Shown: positions 20,858 to 31,696, counted from the first letter of the stretch. The stretch: DNA of 64,000 nt from Candidatus Bathyarchaeota archaeon (GCA_963733095.1 CAVTBV010000009.1:64001-128000); one strand, 5' to 3'. Numbers and translations are program-made. The notes: generated by a model from the letters alone, not told the origin.

Positions 20858-21429
20858 GAAGAGAGGAAGTTTACCGTAAAACCAAAGAAACCGAAGTTAA
20901 AATATCCGTGAATTTGGACGGGGAAGGAAAAGTGGCAGTTTGCTCTGCTGTGCCCTTCTTAAACCACATGGTTACTTCCCTTGCCACGCACAGTTTAATC
21001 GATATTAACGCATCGGTGACTGGCGACTTGATACACCACTGCGTAGAAGACTTAGCCATTGGCTTGGGCGAAGCATTAAACAAGGCTTTAGGAACCCGTG
21101 AAGGAATCGTACGCTTTGGCAACGCCGCCGCACCCATGGACTGCTCCTTAGCGTTCGCAGCCGTCGACCTCGTTAAGCGTCCATACTTCAAAATCGACCT
21201 CAAACTCCGAGGCAAAAAAGTAGAAGACTTGCCAACAGAAGACATAAACCACTTCTTCGAATCCCTTGCCCAATCGCTCCAGGCAAACGTGCACATTCTC
21301 GTCGAGTACGGCAGCAACGACCACCACAAAGCCGAAGCCGCAACCAAAGCCCTCGCACTATCCCTCCGCCAAGCAGTAGCCATGGACCCAAGACGTAAAG
21401 GCGTCCCCAGCTCCAAGGGAGTCATCTAA
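20854..21429 (+). CDS. hisB: Imidazoleglycerol-phosphate dehydratase
   Basis: RKTKETE, HHCVED, NDHHKAEA, PSSKG. Confidence 0.96.
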   Translation: MRREEVYRKTKETEVKISVNLDGEGKVAVCSAVPFLNHMVTSLATHSLIDINASVTGDLIHHCVEDLAIGLGEALNKALGTREGIVRFGNAAAPMDCSLAFAAVDLVKRPYFKIDLKLRGKKVEDLPTEDINHFFESLAQSLQANVHILVEYGSNDHHKAEAATKALALSLRQAVAMDPRRKGVPSSKGVI

Positions 21430-22034
21430 TGCCCCAAGCAATCATATTCGACTACGGAGTCGGCAACCTCCTCAGCCTGAAAACGGCTTTGGAAAAAGCA
21501 GGTTTAAACGCATCAATCGGCACCACAGCGCAGGAATTATCAAAAGCAGATGCGATTGCTCTGCCCGGTGTTGGAAGCTTCACCTCAGCCTCAGATAAAC
21601 TCGATGCAGTCAAAGAAACCCTTCAAACCAAAATCAAAGAAGGCACGCCTCTGCTCGGAATCTGTTTGGGCTTGCAGCTTTTCTTTGAGACAAGCGAGGA
21701 AGGATCCGGAAATGGCTTAGCCCTCTTCAAGGGCAAAAACATGCAGTTACCTAACACTGTCAAAGTGCCCCACATGGGCTGGAACACACTACACATCGTC
21801 AAACCAAACGATCTCTTCGAAGGGATCGCCGAAGGAACCTACGTTTACTTTGTACACTCACTCTACCCATCCCTCGAAGACAAATCAATTGTCTGCACCA
21901 CAACCGAGTACGGAACTACCTTCACATCCGCTATCGCCAGCAAAAACATCTACGGCACCCAGTTCCACCCAGAAAAATCAGGCGAGACAGGCTTGAAAAT
22001 CCTCAAAAATTTTGTAAAAACAGTAGTTAAGTGA
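21429..22034 (+). CDS. hisH: IGP synthase glutaminase subunit
   Basis: DYGVGN, LPGVG, GICLGLQ, PHMGWN, QFHPEKS. Confidence 0.97.
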   Translation: MPQAIIFDYGVGNLLSLKTALEKAGLNASIGTTAQELSKADAIALPGVGSFTSASDKLDAVKETLQTKIKEGTPLLGICLGLQLFFETSEEGSGNGLALFKGKNMQLPNTVKVPHMGWNTLHIVKPNDLFEGIAEGTYVYFVHSLYPSLEDKSIVCTTTEYGTTFTSAIASKNIYGTQFHPEKSGETGLKILKNFVKTVVK

Positions 22035-22765
22035 CTAATATGCAGTTGATTCCAGCAATCGATTTAATGAACGGCAAAATCGTCCGCTTAACCCGCGGCG
22101 AAGCTAAAACCGCCAAAATCTACGAAAGCAAATTCGGCAGCCCAGTCGAAGCAGCAAAGCGTTGGCGCGATGAAGGAGCAGGAAAACTCCACATCATCGA
22201 TTTGGATGCCGCTTTTTCACTCGGCAACAATCACGAAGTCATCGCTGAAATTGCAAAAAACGTGGATTTACCCATACAAGTCGGTGGCGGCATACGCAGC
22301 TATGAAACGGCAGAAAAACTCTTTCGAACAGGCATAACCCAAGTAATCCTTGGCGCCTTAGCGTTTAGCGACCCCACGTCAATCGGTAAAATTCGAAAGA
22401 AATTCGGCTTAGACTCTGTCATAGTGGCCTTGGACAACAAGGAGGGGCTCGTTATGGTTGAAGGATGGAAAACTGCAACTGCAATGACCGTGGACGGTGC
22501 CCTCGAAAAATACACACATCTCGGTGTGCGCCGTTTCCTGATAACTTCCATCGCCCAAGACGGCATGCTTAACGGTCCAGACCTGCAAACGCTTAGCCAA
22601 GCGGCCCTATATCCCAACGCCAAAATCATAGCGGCAGGCGGAATCGGCAGCATCGGCGATTTGGCTGCTCTCAAAGAAATCGAGGTAGAAGGCGCCGTTA
22701 TCGGGAAAGCCCTTTATGAAGGCCGATTCACGTTAAAAGAAGCCATACAAAAAATAGGGGTTTAA
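22031..22765 (+). CDS. hisA: ProFAR isomerase
   Basis: IPAIDL, HIIDLD, QVGGGIR, GKALYEG. Confidence 0.96.
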   Translation: MTNMQLIPAIDLMNGKIVRLTRGEAKTAKIYESKFGSPVEAAKRWRDEGAGKLHIIDLDAAFSLGNNHEVIAEIAKNVDLPIQVGGGIRSYETAEKLFRTGITQVILGALAFSDPTSIGKIRKKFGLDSVIVALDNKEGLVMVEGWKTATAMTVDGALEKYTHLGVRRFLITSIAQDGMLNGPDLQTLSQAALYPNAKIIAAGGIGSIGDLAALKEIEVEGAVIGKALYEGRFTLKEAIQKIGV

Positions 22766-22767
22766 AG

Positions 22768-23571
22768 ATGCCGCTAGCAAAACGTATTATTCCATGCTTA
22801 GATGTTGACCATGGGAAAGTAGTTAAGTGCATAAACTTTCTCAATCCAAAGCAAGCGGGCAACCCAGTGGAGATGGCTAAACGCTACTCTGATGATGGCG
22901 CTGATGAACTTGTTTTCTTGGATATAACTGCGTCTTCCGAGAAACGGGATATACTTCGGGGTGTCGTTGAAGGTGTTGCTAAAGCAATCAGCATTCCCTT
23001 CACTGTCGGAGGTGGAGTGCGCAATGTGTCGGATGCACGGCTGGTTTTGTGTAGTGGTGCTGATAAAGTGTCGGTTAACACCGCGGCAGTGGAGAACCCC
23101 CAAGTCATAACTGAATTAGCTGACGTTTTCGGGAGACAATGTGTCGTGTGTGCCATCGATGCCAAACGTAACCGAACGCCCAGCGACGGCAAAATTATCG
23201 TAGACACTGGTGAGGGTAAGGTTTGGTTTGAAGTGGTCACTTACGGAGGTCGAAAACCCACAGGTATTGATGCTTTAGCATGGGCGAAGCTTGCAGAGAA
23301 GCTTGGTGCGGGCGAGTTCCTTGTAACCTCGATGGATAAGGATGGCACTAAAGATGGTTACGACATTGAATTGACCCGATCCATCTCCGAACGCGTTAAC
23401 GTGCCCATAATTGCAAGTGGCGGCGCAGGCATCCCCAAACACCTTCTCGATGTCTTAACAGAAGGCAAAGCAGACGCCGCTTTGGCAGCTTCAATCTTCC
23501 ACTACAACAACTACCCAGTACCAGTTGTGAAAGATTACCTTCGTAAAGCGGGGGTGACAATACGAACATGA
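22768..23571 (+). CDS. hisF: IGP synthase cyclase subunit
   Basis: [32 protein letters not shown]. Confidence 0.97.
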   Translation: MPLAKRIIPCLDVDHGKVVKCINFLNPKQAGNPVEMAKRYSDDGADELVFLDITASSEKRDILRGVVEGVAKAISIPFTVGGGVRNVSDARLVLCSGADKVSVNTAAVENPQVITELADVFGRQCVVCAIDAKRNRTPSDGKIIVDTGEGKVWFEVVTYGGRKPTGIDALAWAKLAEKLGAGEFLVTSMDKDGTKDGYDIELTRSISERVNVPIIASGGAGIPKHLLDVLTEGKADAALAASIFHYNNYPVPVVKDYLRKAGVTIRT

Positions 23572-23903
23572 CAACGCACCAAGAATTACTCGAAAAGTTG
23601 GACTTTAAAAAAGGCAACGGACTCATCCCAGTTATAGTCCAAGATATAAAAACAAAAGAAATCCTAATGCAAGCATACGCCAACAAAGAAGCCGTTGTGC
23701 TTACCCTCAAAACCCGTAAAGCAACCTACTGGAGCCGATCCCGTAGCGAACTCTGGATTAAAGGCGAAACCTCAGGACACACCCAAAAAATCATCTCTGT
23801 CGCAACAGACTGCGACCACGATTCGCTTCTATATTTGGTTGAACAGACTGGTCCCGCTTGCCACACGGGCGAATACAGCTGCTTTTTCAACAAGCTCTTG
23901 TGA
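23568..23903 (+). CDS. hisI: Phosphoribosyl-AMP cyclohydrolase (monofunctional)
   Basis: WSRSR.ELW.KGETSG, DCD.D, ACHTG..SCF. Confidence 0.96.
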   Translation: MTTHQELLEKLDFKKGNGLIPVIVQDIKTKEILMQAYANKEAVVLTLKTRKATYWSRSRSELWIKGETSGHTQKIISVATDCDHDSLLYLVEQTGPACHTGEYSCFFNKLL

Positions 23904-23948
23904 TGAATGCTTTTAAACCGAAACTCACTATTCTCTTTGTGGATTTTT

Positions 23949-25004
23949 ATGTCTTTACATGAAGCGATGCTTTATGAGCGGCAAAATGAGGGCAAAGTAA
24001 AATGTTGCTTATGCGCCAGAAGATGCCTAATAAGCGACGACTCAACTGGTTTCTGTTTAGTCCGCAAAAATCAGGGTGGAATGCTCTACACCCTCAACTA
24101 TGGCAAAGCTGTTTCTGCTGGTGTAGACCCAATCAGCAAAAAACCACTCTCTCACTTTAACCCCGGCGCGTTGGTTTTGTCGATTGCGGCGGCTGGCTGC
24201 AATTTTCGGTGCCAATTCTGCGACAATTGGATGATAAGTCAAGACCGCGAAGTCGCCGGCAACCCTTTTTCACCCGAGGAAGTGGTGAAGTCAGCTAAGA
24301 ACGCAGGGTGTCAAGGCATAAGCTACACCTACACGGAACCCACCATATTCATGGAGTACGCCTACGACAGCGCCAAACTTGCGCATGAAGCAGGCTTATT
24401 TAACACTTTTGTCACCAACGGTTACATGACGCCTGAGGCCGTAAAGACCATAGCGCCCTACTTGGATGCGGCAACGGTTGATTTTAAAGGCGGAGGAGAC
24501 CCCGACTTCTACAAATCTGTCATGGCAGTGCCAAGTGTTGAACCAATCTATGACTCACTGCAGGAACTCAAACTGCAGGATGTGCACATCGAAATTACCA
24601 ATCTGGTTGTTCCGAAGATGGGTGATTCCATGGATAGACTCAGGGAAATGGCCAAGTGGATTAAGGATTTTTTGGGACCAGACACACCCTTCCACCTGTT
24701 GCGTTTCCATCCTGAATACAAACTGACGACTACACCTGCAACAAGTGTTCAAGACATGGAACGCGCTTATCTAACGGCCAAAAACCAAGGTTTAAACTAT
24801 GTTTACATGGGCAATGTTCCTGGTCACCCAGGCGAGAACACTTACTGCCCGAACTGCGACACAGCGGTAATCAAACGCAATAGCTTCGACATCACCAAAT
24901 GGAACCTGACAAGTGACATGAAATGCCCCGTATGCGGGCACCAAATCCCAATAAAAGGCAAACTTCACCAAAACAACCAAGGCTTTCCCTACGCGCTTTT
25001 TTAG
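23949..25004 (+). CDS. amrS: AmmeMemoRadiSam system radical SAM enzyme
   Basis: C.LCARRC, DPI.KKPL.HF.PG, GCNFRCQFC.NW.IS, YTYTEP, RFHP.YK, NTYCP.C. Confidence 0.9.
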   Translation: MSLHEAMLYERQNEGKVKCCLCARRCLISDDSTGFCLVRKNQGGMLYTLNYGKAVSAGVDPISKKPLSHFNPGALVLSIAAAGCNFRCQFCDNWMISQDREVAGNPFSPEEVVKSAKNAGCQGISYTYTEPTIFMEYAYDSAKLAHEAGLFNTFVTNGYMTPEAVKTIAPYLDAATVDFKGGGDPDFYKSVMAVPSVEPIYDSLQELKLQDVHIEITNLVVPKMGDSMDRLREMAKWIKDFLGPDTPFHLLRFHPEYKLTTTPATSVQDMERAYLTAKNQGLNYVYMGNVPGHPGENTYCPNCDTAVIKRNSFDITKWNLTSDMKCPVCGHQIPIKGKLHQNNQGFPYALF

Positions 25005-25101
25005 CCATCCATAGCCTGTTTCCAACTTGGGCATGTAGCCGAGGGCTTAAGCCTTTATTTAGGGCAAACCTAAACTTTGCAGTTGTAGCGTGCCCCAATC
25101 A

Positions 25102-25971
25102 ATGACCAAGTACACAGCGTTGGCAATAAAGACCAATTACTGGAACCCACACAGCAACTACACAGATAAAATCTTGGGCGCCATAGAAAAGAAAGTTGAA
25201 GATGGCGACTTTGTGGTGGTCTCTGAGAAGGCAATATCCACCGCGCTATCCAACATGGTTGACGAAAGCACGGTTAAGCCGAGCGGGAGTGCGAGGGTTC
25301 TGGCAGGTTTCTGGATGCGGCTTGTTTGGGGTTATCCGCTTGGGATTCTGTGCGGTTTTGGTCCTCGGCTGCTCAAGCGGCTGCGAAATTATCCTTTCAA
25401 GTCGGGTAGTCGCCACAAACAGGTTGCATTGCAGTATGCAGGGTTTTGGCAGGCGCTTATGTTTGGTTCGGAAGGTGGAATCGATGGCTCTAATTTGCCC
25501 TTTTCCTATGTGAGTTTACCTTTGAATAACTCGGAGAAGTTGGCGCAAAAAATCCAAACCCAAATCTGGCAGGACCTGCAAAAGAATGTCTGCGTAATCA
25601 TCGCTGACACCGACAAAACCTACAAGTTCTACAACTTTTTCTTTACGCCGCGACCCACTCCGCTCAAAGGCATCCATTCCTTGGGCGCAAGTAGTACTTA
25701 CCTATTAGGCAGAATTCTTAGGCTTAAAAAAAGCTCTACTCCCCTTGCCTCTGCAGGCTGCAAACTTACAGCTGGCGAAGCGCTTAAAATTACCAACATC
25801 GCCGACAAAGCCCGCGGTCCAGGTTCAGGCGCCACAGTTTGGGATATGGCGGCAAGGTTCCATGTGGAAATCAACGAGGTAACATGGGAAATGCTCTCGA
25901 CAATCAAGCACAAACCCATTGTAATCGTCAGAAGAACCTCGAAGAAAGTTAATACATCAGAAAACAAATAA
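25102..25971 (+). CDS. CofE-like (F420-0:gamma-glutamyl ligase family) protein
   Basis: GDFVVVSEKAIS, GGIDGSN, VIIADTD. Confidence 0.75.
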   Translation: MTKYTALAIKTNYWNPHSNYTDKILGAIEKKVEDGDFVVVSEKAISTALSNMVDESTVKPSGSARVLAGFWMRLVWGYPLGILCGFGPRLLKRLRNYPFKSGSRHKQVALQYAGFWQALMFGSEGGIDGSNLPFSYVSLPLNNSEKLAQKIQTQIWQDLQKNVCVIIADTDKTYKFYNFFFTPRPTPLKGIHSLGASSTYLLGRILRLKKSSTPLASAGCKLTAGEALKITNIADKARGPGSGATVWDMAARFHVEINEVTWEMLSTIKHKPIVIVRRTSKKVNTSENK

Positions 25972-26052
25972 TCAAATAACAAAAAACATGTTCTTTGAGG
26001 TAACACATAAAACAGGGTTTGCAAGCACCCTTAACGGACAAAGGGATAAGGT

Positions 26053-27546
26053 ATGGAAGAAACACTACGGAAGATGGATGCATTCTTCAATCCACACTCA
26101 GTCGCAGTAATCGGTGCCACAAAAAAAGTGGACAAAGCAGGTCACGTAATCTTCAAAAACTTCGCCTCCAACAAAGAACACGGTGTCTTCAAAGGCGAAC
26201 TCTACCCCGTTAATCCAGGTGAAGACTCTATTTTAGGATTCAAATGTTACAAGTCACTAAGTAAGGTTCCTGGCGAGGTTGAATTAATCGTTGTTATTGT
26301 TCCGGCAAAGGTTGTTCCCTCCGTTATGGAAGAAGCCGCCGCTAAAAAAGTCAAGACCGCCATTATAATCAGCTCAGGGTTCAAAGAAGTTGGAAACCAA
26401 GAACTTGAAGACCAAGTTGTAGCCATCGCCACGAAAGCCGGCATCCGAGTTTTAGGCCCCAACTGTCTTGGAGTGTACTACTCAAAAACTGGCATCGACA
26501 CCCTGTTTCTGCCGGAAACCAAAGTCCTCACTACCGGCGAAGAAGTTGTTGCAACGCCGCGTCCGTTGCCCGGCAACATCGCCATGATTACCCAAAGCGG
26601 GGCTTTCGGTGTCGCAGCCCTTGACTACTTGACGGGGCGCCAGATGGGCGTTAGCAAATTCGTGAGTTTCGGCAACAAATGTGACGTCACCGAATCCGAC
26701 ATCCTCCATTACCTGCTCCATGACAAAGAAACCCACGTTATCCTCGTTTACCTTGAAGACATAAAGGCAGGACGAGAATTCCTCAAGATAGCAAAGAAGG
26801 TCACCTGCAAAAAACCCGTCGTCATAATCAAGTCAGGCAAAAGTGTGGCAGGCGCAAGAGCCGCAGCATCCCACACGGGCGCCATCGCGGGCTCAGACAA
26901 AATCTACGACGCCGCGTTCAAGCAGGGTGGAGTCATCAGGGCACGTGACATGGAAGAGTTCTTCGACATCGGCAAAGCCTTAGCGATGCAGCCGCCAGCC
27001 CATGGCAAAAACATCGGCATATTAACCGACGCAGGCGGACCCGGAGTCATGACCGTGGACGAATGCGAAGCTTTGGGTTTAACAGTGGACCGCTTCAGCG
27101 AGGAAACCCTGAAGAAGTTCCAGGAACTCAAAGACCAAAACATCATTCTAAAAATAGCGGCAACCTCAAACCCCGTGGACCTTACTGGCTCAGTAATCGA
27201 CGACATGTTTGTCATGGCTGCTGACCTCATTTTCCAGGACCCAAACATCAGCGGCATCATTCTTCTGGGGCTCCACCATATGCCTGGTCTGCGGGAAGTT
27301 TACATTGACGGCATAGTGAAAATCGCAGAAAGCTACGACAAACCCATCGTCATGTGTGACATCGGCGAAACCGAAATGGCCCTCTACACCCGTAGCCGCT
27401 TCGACAAACTCGGCGTCCCCTCCTTCGAATCCCCCGAAGACGCAGCGCGCGCCATGAAATCACTAGTAACCTACGGCGCCTACCTCAAAAAACAAGGCTG
27501 CGCAGACGAATATATGGAAGCCTTCAAAAAAAGCAAACACCCCTAA
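26053..27546 (+). CDS. acdA: Acetate/acyl-CoA ligase (ADP-forming) alpha subunit
   Basis: SVAVIGA, GPNCLG, QSGA, AASHTGAIAG, NPVDLTG. Confidence 0.92.
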   Translation: MEETLRKMDAFFNPHSVAVIGATKKVDKAGHVIFKNFASNKEHGVFKGELYPVNPGEDSILGFKCYKSLSKVPGEVELIVVIVPAKVVPSVMEEAAAKKVKTAIIISSGFKEVGNQELEDQVVAIATKAGIRVLGPNCLGVYYSKTGIDTLFLPETKVLTTGEEVVATPRPLPGNIAMITQSGAFGVAALDYLTGRQMGVSKFVSFGNKCDVTESDILHYLLHDKETHVILVYLEDIKAGREFLKIAKKVTCKKPVVIIKSGKSVAGARAAASHTGAIAGSDKIYDAAFKQGGVIRARDMEEFFDIGKALAMQPPAHGKNIGILTDAGGPGVMTVDECEALGLTVDRFSEETLKKFQELKDQNIILKIAATSNPVDLTGSVIDDMFVMAADLIFQDPNISGIILLGLHHMPGLREVYIDGIVKIAESYDKPIVMCDIGETEMALYTRSRFDKLGVPSFESPEDAARAMKSLVTYGAYLKKQGCADEYMEAFKKSKHP

Positions 27547-27929
27547 ACGCTAACCGAAACCGCCACCACACTGCCATCCACCAATTTTAGGCTGCCGCGC
27601 AGATAAACGGGTGCAATAAGTTCCAAAACATCGTTTGGGTAATTGGGCATAATCGGAATAACGACTGCGCACTTCGACGTGTCGATGGTTGCCTTGAAGA
27701 GTAATCCTGAATAGTAGCCTGCTTGCGGCTCAACCGCCAAGCTCCCCGCAGTCTCAAGCAACCTGCGCTTCTCAACTTCTTCTCCAACCAAACGCAAATT
27801 CAACGTTCCTAAATACGGTGAAAAACCAAGCTTTTCCTCTACCTGTCGCTTAAACCAGGGTAACTCTACGAATTCTTTGCCTCTGCCATCGCCCGAAAAA
27901 ACCATGCCTTCAAAAAATAGGTTAGGCAA
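27543..27929 (-). CDS. ribK: CTP-dependent riboflavin kinase (DUF120)
   Basis: G.V.SG.G.G, LGF.PY.GTLN, ELIAP..LR..L.L.DG. Confidence 0.88.
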   Translation of the reverse strand: MPNLFFEGMVFSGDGRGKEFVELPWFKRQVEEKLGFSPYLGTLNLRLVGEEVEKRRLLETAGSLAVEPQAGYYSGLLFKATIDTSKCAVVIPIMPNYPNDVLELIAPVYLRGSLKLVDGSVVAVSVSV

Positions 27930-27949
27930 AAATAGCCCTCAAAGTGGGT

Positions 27950-28312
27950 TTACTCTTTTAGTTCTTTTAACCAGTTGGCGACCGACTTGAGAATTGGATC
28001 CGAAGATATCTCCACAACTGGCACAATCATCTTTTCTTTAGTCTCGATAACCTGCTGGTACTTAGGCATCATCGCATAACCCACAAACGTCCAGTACACC
28101 TTATGCTTCTCAAGCAGCTCCTTCGCAACAACCGCCGTCGAAGCCGTCAACGGAAAATAGAGAAAAACCACTCCGTCAACCCAATACAACCCCGCCAACT
28201 TTCCCCCAGCAATAACTGAAGTAAACCGTGCAATATCCTCCGGGGTGTTAAATCGGGTCTTCTCCATAACAACGATTTCTTGGAATGGCTCATAAGAGAC
28301 AGCAACGCTCAT
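27950..28312 (-). CDS. Conserved-looking archaeal hypothetical protein
   Basis: Clean ORF with GGTGA RBS; LYWVDGVVF motif. Confidence 0.7.
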   Translation of the reverse strand: MSVAVSYEPFQEIVVMEKTRFNTPEDIARFTSVIAGGKLAGLYWVDGVVFLYFPLTASTAVVAKELLEKHKVYWTFVGYAMMPKYQQVIETKEKMIVPVVEISSDPILKSVANWLKELKE

Positions 28313-28465
28313 AACATTTCACCGATGACTACCTAATTGTGTGAGCCGCTCCCTTTATAATTTTGCCAATAACCCTGAGAGGGTGAATCAGTTGGCGGAA
28401 AACAAGGCGTTAGTGTGTTGTTTTTTACTGCTAAAAGATTAGGGAAAGAAAGAGTTGGGAACCAC

Positions 28466-29812
28466 TTAACGCAGTTTCATGAGTACCATTTCTGCTGCGA
28501 GGATCATGGGTTCCCATGTTTCGCAAAGTGGCGGTGCATAGGCTGTGTCGGCTTTGGCGAGTTCGCGGACGGTCATGCCTTTTTGTATGGCGAAGCTTAG
28601 GCAGTTTATGCGTTGGGTGACTTCTTCGCCCCCGATGACTTGTCCGCCTATGATGCGTTGAGATTCTTTTTCGACGACGAGTTTGACTTTGATGGGTTTG
28701 GCGCCTGGGAAATAGTCAGCTTTTGTCTTGCTCGAGATGGCTCCTACTACGACTTCGAGGCGGTTGCGTGCAGCAGCGGTTTCGGTTAAGCCAGTATTTC
28801 CTGCTTGAACATCAAATAGAATTGTAACTGCTGAGGCTAAGACGCCGCTGAACTGTGAGTAGTCGCCTCCTGCATTTGTGCCTGCAACCTTGCCCTGTCT
28901 AACTGCGATGGTGCCGAGTTGTGCGCACATGGGTCGGTGAGTGATGATGTTTGGGGCTTCAGCGCAGTCGCCGACGGCATAGACGTCTTTTATGTCGGTT
29001 TCCATTCTGCTGTTGGTTTTGATTGCGCGGCTCTCCCCCAACGGTATGCCTGCGTCAACCGCAAGCTTGGTGTTGGCGCGGACTCCAAAGGCGCTGATGA
29101 ATAGGTCGGCTTCGATTTTTTCGCCGCCAGCCATTATCGCGGTAACTTTGTTTTCGCCGAGGAATTCTTCGACACCTTTGCTTGTAAGGATGGTCATTCC
29201 TCTTTCTTGCAGGTGATCCTGCACTATCTTTGCCATGTCTGCGTCGAGCAGCTGGGGCAGTATCTGGGGGAGCATTTCAACGATGGTGACTTTTAGGCCT
29301 CGTTCCATTAAGCCAACGCCGACTTCTAAGCCGATTAAGCCTGCACCCATGATCACAGCGGATTTGGCGCCTGCTTTCACGGCGGCATCGATTTTTTCAC
29401 CGTCTTCGATACCTCGTAGGCTTAGGATGCCTGGTTTTTCTTTGCCTTTAATCGGCGGCATGAAGGAGTCGGCGCCCGTGGCAATCACGAGGCTGTCGTA
29501 GGGCAAAACTTCGGTGGTTCCTTCTTTTGTGGCAACGGTTACGGTTTTTTCTTTTGTATTTATTGCGGTTGCTTTGGTTTCGCTCCGTAAGGTAAGCTTG
29601 AGCATCTGGAAGTAGGCTGGTGGATAAACGATTAAATCATGAAAATTTGCTATGTGTCCGCCAATCACGAATGGTAAGCCGCATCGGGAGTAACCTGCGT
29701 TTTTCTCGTTAGTTATGAGGGTGATTTCGGCTGTGCGGTCTTTTTTGCGTGCAGCAGAGGCAGCTTCTACTCCTGCGGCGTTGGCGCCGATGATGATTAC
29801 GCGTCTAGCCAT
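28466..29812 (-). CDS. CoA-disulfide reductase / NADH oxidase-family FAD oxidoreductase
   Basis: Single redox Cys (YSRCGLP), GAGLIG, AVGDC, YAPP. Confidence 0.88.
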   Translation of the reverse strand: MARRVIIIGANAAGVEAASAARKKDRTAEITLITNEKNAGYSRCGLPFVIGGHIANFHDLIVYPPAYFQMLKLTLRSETKATAINTKEKTVTVATKEGTTEVLPYDSLVIATGADSFMPPIKGKEKPGILSLRGIEDGEKIDAAVKAGAKSAVIMGAGLIGLEVGVGLMERGLKVTIVEMLPQILPQLLDADMAKIVQDHLQERGMTILTSKGVEEFLGENKVTAIMAGGEKIEADLFISAFGVRANTKLAVDAGIPLGESRAIKTNSRMETDIKDVYAVGDCAEAPNIITHRPMCAQLGTIAVRQGKVAGTNAGGDYSQFSGVLASAVTILFDVQAGNTGLTETAAARNRLEVVVGAISSKTKADYFPGAKPIKVKLVVEKESQRIIGGQVIGGEEVTQRINCLSFAIQKGMTVRELAKADTAYAPPLCETWEPMILAAEMVLMKLR

Positions 29813-29823
29813 CTAACTCGCCT

Positions 29824-30240
29824 CTACTTGGATTGTGCTTGGGCTTTGTGCCACTCTACCGCTTTGTCGAAGTCCATAAGGTTAGCGAGTTCTGCTTGGA
29901 GGTTTAAGGGTTTAACCACGATTAGCCAGCCTTTGATGTAGGGGTCTTCGTTTAGGGTTTCAGGTTTAGATTGGACTTCTTCGTTGACCTCCTGGATGGT
30001 TCCGCTTACTGCAGCGACAAGGTCGGAGACGGCTTTAACGGATTCGAGTGTTCCGTATGGGTCGTTCTGTTTGACTTCTGTTCCGACGCTGGGTAATTCT
30101 GCATAGACGATTTCCCGCAGCGACTTCTGCGCATAGTCGGTAATGCCCATGCGGACTTTGTCACCTTCAACTTTTATCCATTCAAAATCTTTGGAAAAAT
30201 AGAGTCCTTCTGGAACTTCGTATGATTCAACTTTTACCAT
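29824..30240 (-). CDS. gcvH: Glycine cleavage H / lipoyl-carrier protein
   Basis: GITDYAQ, ESVKAVSD lipoyl-Lys motif, NEDPY..GW. Confidence 0.93.
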   Translation of the reverse strand: MVKVESYEVPEGLYFSKDFEWIKVEGDKVRMGITDYAQKSLREIVYAELPSVGTEVKQNDPYGTLESVKAVSDLVAAVSGTIQEVNEEVQSKPETLNEDPYIKGWLIVVKPLNLQAELANLMDFDKAVEWHKAQAQSK

Positions 30241-30318
30241 TCACTTGAACCTTCTAAATTTAAACATGTACCCAAATTAGATTCAAGGATAAAAGGGTTT
30301 CAGAGGTGGAAAAAAGGT

Positions 30319-31404
30319 TTAGCGTTCGCGTTTGCCGGCTATCCACTCTTCCGTCCATTGTCTGGCTTGGGAGTCGGGGATTTGGATTGGCGGATGCTTA
30401 AACGCATACGAGGGCATACTCAAAAGGGCGCCCGCTATTTTGCGGTCTAAAGCGATTTTGGCTGCACGAATGAGGTCGATGACGACGCCTGCGCTGTTGG
30501 GTGAGTCTTCGACTTCGAGTTTGACACTGATGTTTAAGGGGCGGTCGCCAAATTTGCGGCCTTTAAGAGAGATGTAGCAGATTTTTTTGTTCTTCAGAAA
30601 AGGCACATAGTCGCTGGGACCAATCCTTGTAGGCAACGCATAGGGCACGAGGCTTGTGACTGCTTCAGTTTTGCTTATGCGTTTAGATTTGAGGCGGTTT
30701 TCCACCGTCATGTTCTGGAAGTCAGTGTCTCCCCCAAGGTTAAGCTGGTAAGTCTCATCCACAATGACTCCGCGATCAAGACACAGCCTGACTAGGTTGC
30801 GGTGCAGAATCGTTGCGCCCACTTGGCTTTTTATGTCATCGCCTAAAACGGGCAAACCTGCCTTCTCAAATTTAGCGGGCCACTCTTTTGTTGAGTCGGA
30901 GCCGATGAATTCTGGCATGCAGTTCACGAAGGCGCATCCTGCATCGATGGCGCATTGGGCATAATACCGCACTGCGTCGTGACTGCCGACGGGCAAGTAG
31001 TTGACGAGAACTTGGGTTTTGGTTTCTTTTAGAATTTTAACGATGCTGTCTTTGCTGGTTTGGCTATCGTCGTAGACGTTGAAGGTTTCGCGCATGTGGG
31101 GTGCAGCGCCGTCGAGGATGGGTGCAGGGGAAACTTTTACCCCGAGGTTGGGGACATCTGAGAATTTTTCGCAGCAATTCGGTTTAACCCATATAGCTTC
31201 GGAAAGGTCTTTGCCGATTTTGTCTTTGTTAACTTCAAAGGCGGCGACGAAGCGAATGTCGCGGATGTGGTAGCCGCCATAGTTCACGTGCATCAAGCCG
31301 GGAACAGTTGCATCTTCATTTGCGTCTTTGTAGTACTGGGTTCCTTGAACTAGGGCTGATGCGCTGTTGCCAACGCCGACTAATGATACACGAATTTCAG
31401 GCAC
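30319..31404 (-). CDS. ino1: Myo-inositol-1-phosphate synthase
   Basis: VGVGN, NYLPVGS, GDDIKSQVGAT, DSPNSAG. Confidence 0.95.
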   Translation of the reverse strand: MPEIRVSLVGVGNSASALVQGTQYYKDANEDATVPGLMHVNYGGYHIRDIRFVAAFEVNKDKIGKDLSEAIWVKPNCCEKFSDVPNLGVKVSPAPILDGAAPHMRETFNVYDDSQTSKDSIVKILKETKTQVLVNYLPVGSHDAVRYYAQCAIDAGCAFVNCMPEFIGSDSTKEWPAKFEKAGLPVLGDDIKSQVGATILHRNLVRLCLDRGVIVDETYQLNLGGDTDFQNMTVENRLKSKRISKTEAVTSLVPYALPTRIGPSDYVPFLKNKKICYISLKGRKFGDRPLNISVKLEVEDSPNSAGVVIDLIRAAKIALDRKIAGALLSMPSYAFKHPPIQIPDSQARQWTEEWIAGKRER

Positions 31405-31696
31405 GATAGATAACCATCCAATGCAATGATTGTTTAGGCTTAATGTGTGTCTACGCTATAACTTTTTCTAAAGAAATGACCCTGTGGCAACTGGGAAGAA
31501 TATTTTGCTCCAGTTTTCAACAAACTGTTGACTGGAGAAGACGCCAATACAACCTATCCATTTCGGACCTTTTTAGCTACCCTCTTAGGTTTCAACATAA
31601 AACTTCCATTAGGCTCCAAATAAGCAAGCATTGCCTTCCGCCCTCTTTAGTTTCTGCAATGATTAACTGAAAGGATTCAGATAGGTTGGTTAACGC

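Noticed and set aside
20871-21425. Long antisense ORFs over hisB and other core genes
   Set aside because: Shadow ORFs of well-supported genes on the opposite strand.
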